Origin: Nitrospiria bacterium
GTDB lineage: Bacteria; Nitrospirota; Nitrospiria; JACQBZ01
Length of the DNA stretch: 64,000 bases
Reading direction: 5' to 3'
Assembly: GCA_035498035.1 (NCBI GenBank)
Contig: DATKAN010000061.1
Span: 19,720 to 83,719 of the forward strand
Shown: in pieces, positions 63,706 to 64,000 of the stretch
Layout: each line of letters begins with the position of its first letter
Position numbering within the stretch: position 1 is the stretch's first letter
The notes under the pieces: generated by a model
What the model was told of the DNA's origin: nothing
Databases searched by the model: none
What the model saw: only the letters and a program-made list of their open reading frames with translations
Translations under genes and position numbers: made by a program

Positions 63706-64000
63706 ATCTCCCGCACGCGTTCCGATATCCCGATCACTTCATGAAGATCGAGCTGAATCGGTCCGGCCAGAAGATCGCGATTGGTCTTGCGCGCCTGACT
63801 TTTCTGATGGCCTTCGCTCTTCAACCAGGCTTCGTAGTCTTCGCGGCTTTCCCAATAACTCAACACAATGTAATAGTCGTTGTTGAGGGGCTTTAGAAAT
63901 TCATTCCGAATAAAACCCGGCATCATATCGGCCAGCTTGGGTCTCCCGAGGAACTGTCTTTCAAATTCATGTTCACGGCCTTTGACGACCCGCATCCGGT
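63702..64000 (-). CDS. Antibiotic-biosynthesis-monooxygenase / IsdG-like protein, probably 5'-truncated by the window edge
   Basis: RVVKGREHEFE...PGFIRNEFL...WESREDYEAWLKSEGHQKSQ; the frame stays open to the edge (CGG before the ATG). Confidence 0.75.
   Translation of the reverse strand, partial: RMRVVKGREHEFERQFLGRPKLADMMPGFIRNEFLKPLNNDYYIVLSYWESREDYEAWLKSEGHQKSQARKTNRDLLAGPIQLDLHEVIGISERVREM

Overview
A 64-kb bacterial chromosomal segment, fairly GC-rich. Gene content and the gatC-panD-gatA-gatB order suggest a Gram-negative, Nitrospirota-like organism (inference). The left 28 kb is housekeeping: metG (partial), holB, tmk and a YhaN-like ATPase on the minus strand, then a long plus-strand run (glmU, glmS, gatC, panD, gatA, gatB, eno, ftsB, era, recO, lepA, lepB, heptose/KDO/lipid A genes, pyrG, pgsA, plsY). 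This run ends at a 28-bp XerCD dif site (28357-28384), so the window probably spans the replication terminus. The right part is accessory and redox-rich, with three main features. (1) A ~2,690-aa single ORF fuses an ETF:quinone oxidoreductase (FixC/FixX-like) module, a degenerate acyl-CoA dehydrogenase, an intact VLCAD-like acyl-CoA dehydrogenase, ETF-beta and ETF-alpha. (2) A four-gene PCC3-like porin-cytochrome cluster (14-heme and 24-heme cytochromes, a TPR plus beta-barrel protein, a His-rich inner-membrane protein) sits under a GEMM-I riboswitch with the A20 signature of 3',3'-cGAMP sensors, whose P1 is mutually exclusive with an intrinsic terminator. (3) A thiolase and a FadJ-type enzyme are transcribed divergently from that cluster. 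Further right are an alpha-glucan phosphorylase, ChaN-PDZ, LuxR-type, PilZ, AmpG, FIST, a pentaheme cytochrome, adenosine deaminase, CBS, methyltransferase, MBL-fold and ABM genes. No rRNA, tRNA, CRISPR array or transposase was recognised. All product calls come from motif reading, not database searches.
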